64,000 nucleotides of DNA from Vicugna vicugna (Eukaryota), in contig MU058289.1 of the NCBI GenBank assembly GCA_013265495.1, positions 2,043,451-2,107,450 of the forward strand, read 5' to 3'. This document shows, one piece after another, positions 25,130 to 37,215 of the stretch. Position numbers and translations under genes: made by a program. How positions within the stretch are numbered: position 1 is the first letter of the stretch; each line of letters begins with the position of its first letter. The notes below the pieces were generated by a model. That model searched no databases. It had not been told where the DNA came from and worked only from the letters and a program-made list of their open reading frames with translations.

Positions 25130-28100
25130 ATCTGTTGAAAACATTGTCTTTTCTCCGTTGAATTGTCTTGGCACCCTAGGTTGAGAATCAATTGACTATA
25201 TTGATCGTCTATTATGAGATTTGATTTCTAGGCTCTCTGTTCTATTCCATTGGTCTCTATGTCTTTCCCTATGCAGGTACCATGCTGTTTTGATTACTAT
25301 AGCTTTGTAGAAAGTTTTGAAATCAGGAAGTATGAATTTTCCAAGAAAACTTTTCTTTTCAAGATTGCTTTGTCTGTTCCAGTCCGTTGAGAGATTCTGT
25401 ATGAATTTTAGAATGTTTCTCTATTTCTGTAAAAAAAAGTCCATTGGGATTTTGATAAGGATTGCATTGAATCTGTCGATCACTTTGGGTAGTGTTGTCA
25501 TCTTAGTAATATCAATCCATGAACACATTATGTCTTTCTGTTTATTCAGGCCTCCTTTCATTTCTTTTAGCAATGTTTTGTAATTTTTAATAGACAAGTC
25601 TTTTACTTCCTTGGTCAAATGTATTCCTAAATATTTTATTATTTTTGATGCTATTATAAATGGAATTGTCTTCTTAATTTCATTTTTGAATCATTCATTA
25701 CAAGTGTGCAGAAATACAAATTTTTTTTGCACGTTGATTTTATACCCTGCAACTTTACTAAATTTATTAGCTCTAAATTTTTTTAATTACTTGAGAGTTT
25801 TCTACATACCAGATCATGTCATCTGTATGTAGAGATCTCTACTTCTTCACTTGAATGCACTATTTCTCTTTCCTGCATAATTGCTTTGACTAGAACTTCC
25901 AATGCTATGAATAGAAGTTGTGATAGACATTTAGTACAACTGTTGAAAGCACACATCCCTGTCTTGTTCCTGTTCTTAGGGGGAAAGTTTTCAGCCTTTC
26001 ATCATTGAGTATGATGTTAGCTATGAGTTTTTCTTTTATGGTCTTTTTCATATTGAGGAAAGTCTCTTCTATTTCTGTTTATACTGAGTGGTTTTATCAT
26101 GAAAGAGTGCTAAATTTTGTCAAATGCTTTTTCTGCATCAACTGAAATAATCACATGTTTTTTCCTTCATTCTGTTAATGTGGTATACTATATTGATTGG
26201 TTTTATTTGTGGATTTTTTGGTTGTTTTGTTTTGCTTTTCTGGTTTTTAAAAAATGTTGAGGCATCTTTACATTCTGGGAATAAATTTGACTTGGTCATG
26301 ATTTATAAGCCTTTTTATACGCTGCTGAATTTGGTTTGCTAGTGTTTTGTTGATGATTTTGGCATTGATATTCATTAGGGATGTTGGTCTATAGTTTGTT
26401 TGTTTGTTTTATAGTGTTTTTTACTGGCTTTGGGTAACTAAAAAGCTGGTCTCATAGAATGAGTTAGGAAGTGTTTCCTCTCCAGTTTTTTGGAAGAGTT
26501 TAGGAAATATTGATGTTAATTCTTCTTGAAGTGTTTGATAGTATTCACTAGCGAAATCATCTGGTCCTGGGATTGCTTTGTTATGGGCTTTTTTTTTTAT
26601 TTAAATTACTGATCCAATCTACTTACTAAGTATGGGTTTACTGAGCTTTTATTTTTCTGTTTTGGTAGACTAATGTGCTTCTAGAAATGTATTCATTTCA
26701 TCTAGGTTTTCCACTTTGTTGCTGTATGACTGTTCATTCATAGTATTCTCTTATAATCTTTTTCTACTTGTGTATAATCCATAGTAATGTGCTCACTTTC
26801 AGTTCTGATTTTAGTAACTTGACTCTCTTTTTATTCCTAGTTAGTTTAGCTAAAAGTTAATTGATTTTTAAAAAATTTTCAAGGAACCAATTTTGGTTTA
26901 GTTGAATTTAGTTTTCTGTTCTCTACTTTATTTATCTAACCTTTGTTATTTTATTCTTCTACTTGCTTTGGGTATAATTTACTTTTATTTCTCTAGTTCC
27001 TTAAAGTATACAGTTAGGTTATTGATTTGGGATATTTCATCTTCTTAAATGTATGTACTGGCTTCTATAAATTTCACTTTTAACACTGCTTTCATTGCAT
27101 CTCATGAGTTTTGGTATATCATGTTTTTGTTTACATTAGTGTCAGGCATTTTCTAATCTCCTGTGTGGTTTTTTTCTTGGACCTATTAGTAGTTTAAGAG
27201 TGTGTTGTTTAACTTCCACATATGTGTGAATTTTCCAGTTTTCCTTCTGTTACTGCTTCTAGTTTCATTGTGTGATCAGAAAAGATACTTTGTATGATTT
27301 CAGTCTTTCAATTTATTAAGACTTGTTTTGTGGCCTAACACATGGTCTATCCTAGGTATTGTCCCATGTACATTTGAGAAGAGTGAGTATTCTGCTGTTG
27401 TTGAATAGAGTGTTAAGTATATGGCTATAAGTCTAATTGCTTTATAGTGTTGCTCAAGTCCTCTATTTCCTTTTTGATCTTCTATCTTTTTGTTCTATCT
27501 GCTATTGAAAATGAGGCACTGAAGTCTCCAACTATTGTTATAGAGTTATTTCTCCCTTCATTTCTGTTAATTTTTGCCACATATATTTGAGGCTCTGTTA
27601 TTAGATGCGTATATGTTTAGAATTGTTACAGCTTCTTATTGTATTGAATCTTCTCTCCCTCTCTGTCTCTCTCTCGCCTCTCCTTCTTTGCCTCTTTTGA
27701 TTTAAGGTCTATTTTGTCTGACAGTAATATAGTCACCCTACCTCTCTTTTGGTTATTTTTTGCATGAAATATCTTTCCCCATCCTCTTACTTTCAACTTC
27801 TTGTGTCCTTATATCTACAGTGAGTCTCTTGTAGACAGCATATAAATGGATCTTGTCTTATTTTACCAATCTTCCAATCTCTTTCTCTTAGTAGGAGAGT
27901 TTAACCCATTTACATTTAATGTGATTACTGTTGAAGAAGGATTTACTCCTCCCATTTTCTGTATTATTTCTGTAAATAGAAACAAATATGTAACTATTTG
28001 TTTTCTGTATGTCTTCTATAGTTTTTGTTCCTCAAGTTCCTCACTACTGCTTTTTTTGTGTTTGGTTGATTTTTTGTAGTGTACCATTTTGATTACCCTT

Positions 28101-30440
28101 TTTTGTGTGTGTATTTTAAAAGTTATTCTCTTAGTGATTACCTCGAGATTGCAATTAACACCTTAAACTTATAACAATCTAATTTGAATAATGCCAGCTT
28201 AGTTTCAATAGTATACACTCTGTTCCTATATATGTCCATCCCTTTCCTTTATATTGTTTTCATAGATTGCATTTTTTATATTATATGCTCATTAACATAG
28301 ATTTACAACTCTTGTTTTATGCATTTGCCTTTTAAATAATATAGGAAAAGAGGAGGAGTTACAAACCAAATCCAAAGTACAATAATACTGGCTTTTATAC
28401 TTACCTATGCAGTTAACTTTACCAGTGTTATTTCTTCTTATGGCTTCAAGGTACTGTTTGGTATATTTTTATTTCAACCTGTAGGACTCTCTTTGGTTTT
28501 TTTCTTTTTTGGAAGGAAGGTCTATTGGTAATGTTTTTGCTCAGTTTTTATCTGGAAATGACTTAATTTCTCACTCATTCTTGAAGGATAGTTTTGTCAG
28601 ATATAGAATTCTTGGTTGCATTTTTTTTTCTTTTAGAGCTTTAAATATGCCATCCCATTGTCTTCTGCCCTCCATGGCTTCTGTTGCCTGAGTAGACTGC
28701 CCTAGGAGAACCCTGCTAAGATTTATGTCAGAGAATGTTTTGCCTATGTTTATTCTAGGAGGTTAATTGTGTCTTGTCTTATATTTAAGTCTTTAAGCCA
28801 TTTTGAGATTATTTTTGCATATGATATGAGGCAGTGTTCTAACTTCATTGATTTACATGCTACTGTCCAGTCTCCCCGAAATCACTTGCTGAAGAGACTA
28901 ACTTTTCTGCATTGTATATTCTTGCCTCCTTTGTCAAAGATTAGTTCACCATGGGTCTGTGGGTTATATTCTGTTCCATTGACCCGTATGTCTGTTTTTG
29001 TGCCAATACCACACTGTTTTGATTACTCTCCATGGCTTCTTGTGAGATATCAGCTGTTAATTTCATGAAGATCTCTTGTATGTGACCAGTTGGTTCTCTC
29101 TTGCTGCTTTCGAAAATTCTTTCTTTTTCTTTGGGTCCAGCAATTTGAGTATAATGTATCTTGGTGTGGATCTCTCTGGGTTTACCCTACTTGGAGCTTC
29201 TTGGATGTTTATATCATGTCTTTTATCAGATCTGGGAAGTTGTCACCACTATTTATTCAAGTATTTTTCTGCCTTTCTCTCTTTCTCTTCTTCTGTGGGT
29301 TCTATAATGCATACATTGTTATATTGATGATGTCCCATCAGTCCCTCAGTCTGTGTTTATTTTCCTTCATTCTTTTTTCTTTCTGCTCCTCAGACTGAAT
29401 AATTTTAATTGTCTTATCTTCAAGTTTACTGATCCTTTCTTCTGCCTACTCAAATCTTCTGTTGAACCCTTCCTGTGAGTTTTTCATTTAGGTTATTGTA
29501 CTTTTATGCTTTAATTTTCTATTTTGTCCCTTGTTATAACTTCTCTTTGTTGAAATTCTCATTTTTAAGACACAATTTTCATGATTTTCTTTAGTTCTTT
29601 GTCCATGGTTTCCTTTAGCTCATTGAATATAATAAAGGCAGTTGATTTCATGTCTTTGACTAATAATTCCTATGTCTGGTCCTCCTCAGGAATACTTTCT
29701 ATAAAATTCTTTTTTTCCCTGTGAATAGGCTACACTTCCCTGTTTCTTCATATGTTTTGTTAATATGTTGTTGAGAAGTGGACATTGTGAGTATTATGTT
29801 GTGGTAACTCTTTTACTCAGATTTTCCCACTCCTCAGAGATTGCTGATTTTTGCATGTTGTGGGCTGAAGCCATCTATTTGTGATTTCTTCAAACTATTT
29901 ATGCAAAGTGTGTATTCTTTGTTGTGTGAACACTGAAATTTCTGTTCCATAGTTTCTGTGATAAGTCAGTGACCTGACAAAGATCCTCTTAGATATCTAG
30001 GGGGAGTACTCTCTACCCCTCATGGTGGGGAAGCTGCTTGAGTTCATGGGGCTTCTAACAATGATTGACCACTGTGCCAGCCCCTCAGTGATCAGAAGCA
30101 GTGTTCAGCAATCAAAACACACAACACTTGTTCTTGAAGGACAAGATCCTTATTGCCTATCCTGGCACCAGCAAGCCATGCTAGGAACATGGAATGCCAT
30201 CCCCAGGACTGCTTGCCAAGGGGCTGGTGGCTGGAGGACGGTAACAACTATGTAAAATGTGAAACTTTACAGAAATTTACCAGCTTCATCAAGCTCTCCC
30301 CTGGACACTGCAAGTGTTCAACTGGATTTCAGACTTCCAAAATGATTGCTTCAGACAACTCCAACCAGCTCAATAGTTGTGTGGATGGAGGGACAGATTT
30401 CTGTAGCTTCTTACCCTGCCATCTTTAGTGACATTACTAA
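25130..30440 (-). mobile_element. Old L1 (L1MB/L1MD/L1M4-like): 5' UTR, ORF1 and partial ORF2, 3' end missing
   Basis: T-rich antisense ORF2 (e.g. KEVKDL...NYKTLLKE...DIMCSWI...[11 protein letters not shown]), ORF1-like sequence at about 28500-29700, and YY1 motif GCCATCTT at 30418-30425. Confidence 0.85.
28683..29027 (-). mobile_element. Internal L1 ORF2 fragment inserted with a TSD but no poly(A) tail
   Basis: Perfect 13-bp TSD CTCCATGGCTTCT at 28670-28682 and 29028-29040. The insert is homologous to about 41700-42048 of the young L1 in this window. Confidence 0.88.
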
Positions 30441-32059
30441 CCCCCTATGTTTTTAATCACCCTAAATGCACACTCCCAGCCCCAGCTTCTAGAACCCAGC
30501 CCCTCCCCTCCTGAGCCTGGGCATTCTGTGGCTTATGCTCACCAGTGTCCCCCTCCAACGCACCTCTGACATTATTTTTTCTGCTCTGCTCAATCAGAAT
30601 GCACTCCTCACTCTACTTTCTGCCTTCCAAAATTTATTGAAACCTCTCACTGCTACTATTCTCTCAACTGTCTTTGTCTTTGTTGGTTTATACCCTTTTA
30701 AGTTGCCTTACTTTCAAGGTTGGGATGGGGAGGAGAAGATGCCTGAGGTCACATCACTGGTTTTTAACAGGAACTCACGCCAGGTTTCGCTACTGCTAAA
30801 CACCTTGTTCTAGTGCAAGGCAGCACTGTTACTGTTTGACTGTCATTGTGTTCCTCTATGTATTGGCTATCATGGTCAGGAGAAATGGTGGAATAGGCAG
30901 TTTGCAAGGGTTTGCCCAGCAGTGTGGTCATGTAATGGCAAGATAGCCAGCCCTGAGTTGCATTTAGGGAAAGATGAGTCAAAGTGAGGTGCCTGGGGGC
31001 TCCTTGGCATATTACAGGAGGGGACACTAAATCCTAAGCAAGCCAGTACGCAGTTCTGCTGAATTCCAAAGCAGCCTGCTACTGTGGCTTTGTTCTGTGC
31101 TTAACCTGCCTTGAACTGAATGCATGAATAACAGGCACCTATGATGCCAGGAGGGTGCCTGAACCTTTAGGGTTCAAGAGGAGTGGTGGGCCTCTCCTCT
31201 GAGCTGGGTTCAGGCCCCCATACACTTACCTGCAAACAGATGTTACTACCCTCACAGGCCAAGGGAAGGCACTTCCTTTCTCTGTTCTTTGGTGTTTGAT
31301 ATTGAGTTTCAGTCCTGACTCATGATCGCAGCTGCTGTCAAAGGATCTACAGGAAAATCCGTTTTTATTGAAGCTGAAAAGGTCAATTTTCTTGGGTGTC
31401 TCCATGGTGAAAATAATACATGCAGCACATTCATACCCTGTGTGATATTTAGGCTCTCCAGCTGGAATGACCCTTGGGAAAAACACCTGAGATTTTAATT
31501 ATGTTTCTCATCCTTCCAGGCAACAGTTGCTGCAGAGGATGCCAGCTGGTTTCTCCCTGGGTCATAGGGTAGGTATGTGGTCAGGGACTTAGCCACCCTG
31601 TTAAGTTTTATCCAGCTTAGCCTGGGCAAGTTCCCAGTGGGCCTTCCTGGCTCAGGAGAGCAGGACACCATTTGGTGTAAAATATGACAAATTAGCTACA
31701 TGACTTTTGCCGTTTAGGGCTTATCTCATCAACTGACCTGAATTTGCAGAAGGACTGTTCTCTATCTGTCCAAATTCCACTTTCAGGTAGGGACCTCCTT
31801 CTGGGAAACCCTGAACAGCTGAGACACAGTTTGTGGGCTCTTTCCCGACACTCCCTTTACACGTCTCATGCTTGTTATGTGCTGTGTCCTTCAAGGCCCT
31901 CGGATACTTTTTAACCGCACATGTCAATGGCTAAGGAGTTTGAGTAATTATCCCAATGAAACTTTAATAAGGGACCAAAACATTTTTTTGTAATGAGGTT
32001 GATGGTGTATCTTTGGGAAATGTGGAGATAAACTCAGCTTCTTTATCTGAAGACAGCAA

Positions 32060-32170
32060 AATAACAGCACCTACCTCAGGTTCTATGGCTTGAATTAATT
32101 AAGACGATCAATATCTCTGAAGCCCTTAGAACAGTGCCCAGCGCGTGGAAGCGATCAATAAGTGGCACTT
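32060..32170 (+). mobile_element. MIR 3' fragment
   Basis: ATAACAGCACCTACCTCAGG...CTTAGAACAGTGCCCAGC...TCAATAA. Confidence 0.65.
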
Positions 32171-32467
32171 AGACTTTATTTATTATAATAAAAGTTGTCA
32201 CTCCTATTCCTGCTATAACACGACCTCCTTTGGTTAAATCACTATGTTATGGTGAAATCGCATTCTGTATTTACAGTGATGTATGCTGCAAGTCTCCAAA
32301 ATACAGATAGCCTAAGGATGGGATTATCTTCTTACCTCAAATTCAAGCTGTTACTAAAGAACATCAGTGGATAAGTATACCATTTCCTAGGGGACGTGAA
32401 GGGCCACTGTGCTATTTAGGTTTATCCTGTAAAACTAATCTTGCCTCACACTCTCTAGGAAGAATAA

Positions 32468-32705
32468 ATTATATATACGCACTCATGGATACACACATAT
32501 ACATGTGTATATATTTTATATATGTAAATATATATGAAAAATATTGGTATATAATTTTATATACATGTGTATATAAATAAATATGTGTTTACATATACAT
32601 ATATATGTTACAAATACATATATAAATGTATACACACATATATGTGTATATGCATATATATAAATTATATACACATAGTATATATGTGTATATACATACA
32701 TAATA
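32468..32705. repeat. (TA)/(TACA)-rich low-complexity tract
   Basis: Directly visible. Confidence 0.95.
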
Positions 32706-33889
32706 ATGACTTTAGAGGGACTAATTTATACCTAGCTTTTTAATCCTTTTTACAACCACATTGAATATAGTTTAGGCTCCTCTTTGGGACCCGGAGTCTG
32801 GCCCTTCTCCCCTCAGAACCTCTGAATCCTGGAATATAGCCCAGAGCTCCGTCTTTTTCCTAAAATTCAAAATAAGGGAGTTTTTCCCCCCCTCAGAGCA
32901 AAATTGGCAAATGGAGACAACTCTGCAAACAGGGATGTGTGGCCTGGGGCTGAGATAAAAGGGAAACCCTGTGCATCACAGCTGTTCAGTGTCTGTACCA
33001 GGATGTCTCCCCATTCCAGGACCCCGAGCTAGGAAGTCTCAGCACATTGAGGTCCTGGTTGGGCCCTGCTGTCAGGCTGGAGTGGCAGGAGAGGAGGGCT
33101 TCATGGAGGTGGTGGCAGGGTAGGTTCAGCTGACCTCAGTGTAGGCCACAGGCAGCTATATAACCTCTCTGAGCTTTGGTTTCCTGGCCTGTGAAATGGG
33201 CTCACAGCACTGCTCCGGGGTGAAGAGGACATGTGTAGGGAGAAGTGCTCTGTAGATGGACCAACTCTATGAGTCCTGCCTGGGCGGTCACCTCCCTCTT
33301 TTCCTCTGGCCCGGCCACTTGACAAGGTGTCACACCCGTGACTCTACCTACTTCCCTCCCAAACATTCCCTGGCTCCCTCCAACTGGTGTGTCACAACAC
33401 AGCCTGGCTGTTTTCACCAAAATTGAACAGTTCCACTCAATTACCAAGTCCCTATTGAACAAGGGAAGTGAAACAGAACTCGGGTGACTCAGCTACCCAA
33501 GAAAGATTCCTTAAACCTAGCAATGCCCCTGTACCTGCAGGCCCTGCCATTCGCTAATGCCCACCAAACTGCTAAGAAAAGAATGGGCCTCCAGTGCAGG
33601 CAGTGGATTCCCATCCCACCGTGGTGTGGCACAGGGTACCTGAGTTTTGTCCTGCACCCGCTGGGCAATCTTTCCAGCCCTTAGCACAGTCTGTTCCCTG
33701 AACAGCACTGATGCTGTTGGATCAGAAGGCCAGTGTAGGGGAGGGCAGGTGCAGACATGTGCCCCACACCCCCATCCCCACCCTCTTTGGATGCAACTTT
33801 GGGTAACTCTGTGGTCAACAAAGACAGATGTTCCTGGATCAGCAAACATAGGTCGCGGGCACACACAAATCCAGGCACCAATATGCTTA

Positions 33890-34010
33890 TCTGTGTGCAC
33901 ACACGTACTTTTGTGCATACACACCCTGCACAGGTATGCATGTATGCACACTTATGTGTATGTACACACATGCACCACACACACCCATGTGCACAGACAC
34001 AGGCACACAG
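33890..34010. repeat. CA/TG-rich low complexity
   Basis: Degenerate (CA)n and (TGCACA)n. Confidence 0.8.
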
Positions 34011-34379
34011 GCATCTGGGTGACTTTCCTGTCTGCGGGACCCCTGAGACTGCCCCTGGGCCTGGGTGGACCGACGGGCAGGATCCGCCTGAGTGTCCTTA
34101 GATGCCCTCTCGCCCCCCACATCCCCTGGAGCCTGGCCTGGGCAGTCCCAGGAGGCAGCACTGTTATATCATTTTCCATTTTCTTCTTCTCACCGAGGAG
34201 ACCTCAGCAACACGAGCCGCCCAAGGGTATGAGTGGTGCACATAGCTGTACAAGATTCATTTGAGAAGCTCCAGTGGTGGTGTCTGTCTGTGTCAATTCC
34301 AGAGTGTCAGGCTTTATTAAAAAAAAAAACAAAAAACAAAAAACCCAGAGTCTGGACTAGACATGGATCCTCTGGTGAA

Positions 34380-34600
34380 TGTGCACGCACACACACACAT
34401 GAATCCTCAATTGCGCATGTGAACGCACTCACAAGCACACATACTCACACATGCGAGATACACACACCAACACATGCACATGTACTCACACAGATGTGAG
34501 CATGCCATACACATTTTCACACACAGCACAAACACAAGTGTGTGCAGGCATGCACATGCACACTTGTAGAGAGACATGCACCCAGGTAAGCACAGAAACA
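34380..34600. repeat. CA/TG-rich low complexity
   Basis: Degenerate (CA)n and CACATG repeats. Confidence 0.85.
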
Positions 34601-35184
34601 AGGCTGCGTGCACCACACCCAAAGCTGGTTTGGGATTCCTGCCCTGACTACTTCTGCTGCCTCGTTCCAGGCTGGACAGGCAGGAGACACTCTGGCTTGG
34701 CTGACCTCCAAGAGAAGGGAAGCAGAAAACGCTGATTCTGCCTTCTATTTTTCACACGCACTGGCCCTCTCTCCAGGCTCCCTCCCTGCCCCCCCAGGGG
34801 ATCAACCTCCAGGTCACTCTGAACCCCAGCTCTGAGCTGCAGAGATGCCTTTAAGACCAAGCCCTGTTGCCTTGGCCAAATGCTCCACTCACCCCAAATT
34901 GCCCCCCTCATGGACATTACCCTGTGCTCTGGGCACGTCAAGTCTCTCTTCTGCCCCCAGACCTCCAGGTGGTGGGCACCAGCTCCAGACTCCTATGTAC
35001 CCCTCCATGCTGTCTTGGATGGCCCCTTCTCTGGTGCCCCCCTCCCTCACCAGGCTGTCTCTTTGCTGTTCCTGAGCTGGGTGTCCCTGCCTCCGGGACT
35101 GTTCTGCTCACACCATCATTCAGTGTGGCTCCGTTTTCTCTGCCATATCCATTAAGCCCTTCTTGGAAGCACAGGCTGCATCCT

Positions 35185-35265
35185 CCTCATCTGAAGATGC
35201 CAGGAGCCTGGCTGGTGGTAAGCCCTCAATAAATAGATGTTGGCGGAATGAATCAACAAACGAAT
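35185..35265 (+). mobile_element. L2 3' end fragment
   Basis: GCCTGGC...GTAAGCCCTCAATAAATAGATGTTGGCGGAATGAAT. Confidence 0.65.
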
Positions 35266-36739
35266 ATACCAATGGTGCTAGGTTGAAATCAGTTCTGTTC
35301 TGTTTGGAGACAGGGACCTAGGCTGGCTGGAGAACCTTCCCTCTCTGCCATACTGTTCTGAGTTCATCTCTGTCCCCAGAGGGGAGGCTCTGGAGGAAAA
35401 ACTTAGCAAGGGAAACGCCATCTCCTTTAATCTGCAAATGCCCACCTTCCTCAGGACGGTCCATTTTCTAAGTGAAAGGGCACGTAAGATCAGGTGTTCT
35501 GTGTTCAAATCTATAAGAATTTCAGTTCATTAGCTCAAAACTTTGTATTATCATCCAGCTTTGGCTCAGATGAGCATGGATGCATCACTCTGAAGGGAAA
35601 CGTTCAACGACAACAGAAGGGAAATAGTCCCATGGTGGTGGCTCCAGCAGAAGGATGTCACGTTTCTGTTTCTGTGTCCATAGGCTGAGCCTGTGCCCAG
35701 CGGGCACCTGCAGATGGCCAACCTCTGCAAATGCCAAATGTTCGTAATGTATTCTTATCCCATGCACCCTGGTGAGGTCAAGTTCTCCTTTCTCCATCCC
35801 CTCCCCTAAATAAGGTACACTCACCCCAGTCTCAGCTGAGGCTTTGCCTTTTAAAGACCCTTCGGATATTTTGGTTCTTGAGTTTCCACATTTATCATTA
35901 AAACAATTATCAGCTAAAAAATGCCCTGCCTGCTCTGTAAAACAATGCAATCAGACGGCAGGAGCATATTTGAAGTTATAAATAACTTCCTTTCTCCCTG
36001 CTGCTTGTTTGCAGTGCTATATAAATCTTTAGGTGTGCGAGTTTCATCATTACTAATGTTCTTTAAAATGTAATAAAACTTTTCTCATTAAAAAAAAGCC
36101 AGCCAATCAAAACAAGCACCTCACAGACCCTCAGAGTCGGTGCCGTGGTATTTGCATTGCAGAACAACTGTAATTTTATTCATGGGTCGGCATAGCCGCA
36201 GCCCATCAGTAATTAAACACGGAACAGCTGTCACTCTGCAGCATCCAAAGCAGACAGGATGGGATAATGAGCCCCTGTCCCTGGGCTCGGCGCAGGGGGC
36301 TGGTGCAGGAGGAGGGGGGCCATACAGGGAAGGGCTGGTGCGGGCAGGGGCTGGCGTGTGGGATCGCTGGGCTGGGCTCAGGGCTGTCCCGGGTTCACCC
36401 ACTCCAGCCTATCCTCCTCGACTCTGCGGAAAGAGGGGCCTAGAAAGATAGTGGAGGGTTTGCTGTATTTGCATAGACCACAGACTCCTGGTGGATATGG
36501 GCTGGGGTGGGAGGCACTTCCAGCTTCCACTGTGTATCTTCTGGGCTGTTGGAGATAGGTTCACAAGCCGGCAGGTGATGACTTGTGTAACTGACAGAGC
36601 TGATTTTTAAAAAGGGTCAGATCCTGAGTCGTAAGAGCAGAGGAAGAGAGGGGACTCTGGACCCGTCAGGGCACCTGCTGGACTCCCACAGACTCGGAGG
36701 AATGGGTCTTAAGTCTTTAGATTTCCAAGCCAGAAAAGC

Positions 36740-36950
36740 CATCAGCAGCCTTCTGGCCCAATGCTTCCATTTTGCAGAGGAGGACAACTGAGGGATGGAA
36801 AGGCACCGTGGTGTGAGGCAGTCACTGGTGTGAGCCCAGTGCAGGACTGGGAGACTGGAGGTCTGAGTTCTAGACACCCACGACCCGCAGTGTAACTCAG
36901 AGCTCCTCCTGCCTCTGGACCTCAGTTTCCGTCTCTGTACAAGGAGTTGG
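36740..36950. mobile_element. MIR fragments, apparently in both orientations
   Basis: CCATTTTGCAGAGGAGGACAACTGAGG (minus) and CCTCTGGACCTCAGTTTCCGTCTCTGTACAA (plus). Confidence 0.6.
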
Positions 36951-37167
36951 GTTGAGGTGGGGGCTTTAGGGCTGTCAGCCCAGACATCCTGGGAGCAGAG
37001 TCTTCTCAGGGCCCTTTTTGGTGTGGACCTACTCATCTTCCATGGGGGCCCAGATGGGGAGCCAGGGGTAGGGGTCCAATCTGCTCTCTGCCTGTCCCTC
37101 TAGGGGCCCCACCTGGGCTCCCTTTATACCTCTCCAGCCCCTAGTCTGCACGTCAGCTTCTCCGAGG

Positions 37168-37215
37168 GTTTCTTTCTCTCTCTCTTCCTCTCTCTCCCTC
37201 CCTCTCTCTTTCTTC
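37168..37215. repeat. (CT)-rich polypyrimidine tract
   Basis: Directly visible. Confidence 0.85.

Larger units (their letters stand above)
21620..30776 (-). mobile_element. Fragmented ancient HAL1/L1ME-like host element (pieces at about 21620-22107, 23000-23058, 24731-25125, 30445-30776)
   Basis: ORF1-like antisense block at 24900-25125 (reads KELEIRMASDFSIATVKTTTQWSNVFKIL...RILHPAKLS) and a HAL1-like 5' terminus (GGGGAGGAGAAG...TTTAACAGGAACT) at about 30720-30776. That the pieces belong to one element is inferred. Confidence 0.55.

Noticed and set aside
32516..34735. His/Thr/Cys/Val/Tyr-rich ORFs
   Set aside because: Translations of (TA)n and (CA)n low-complexity tracts.
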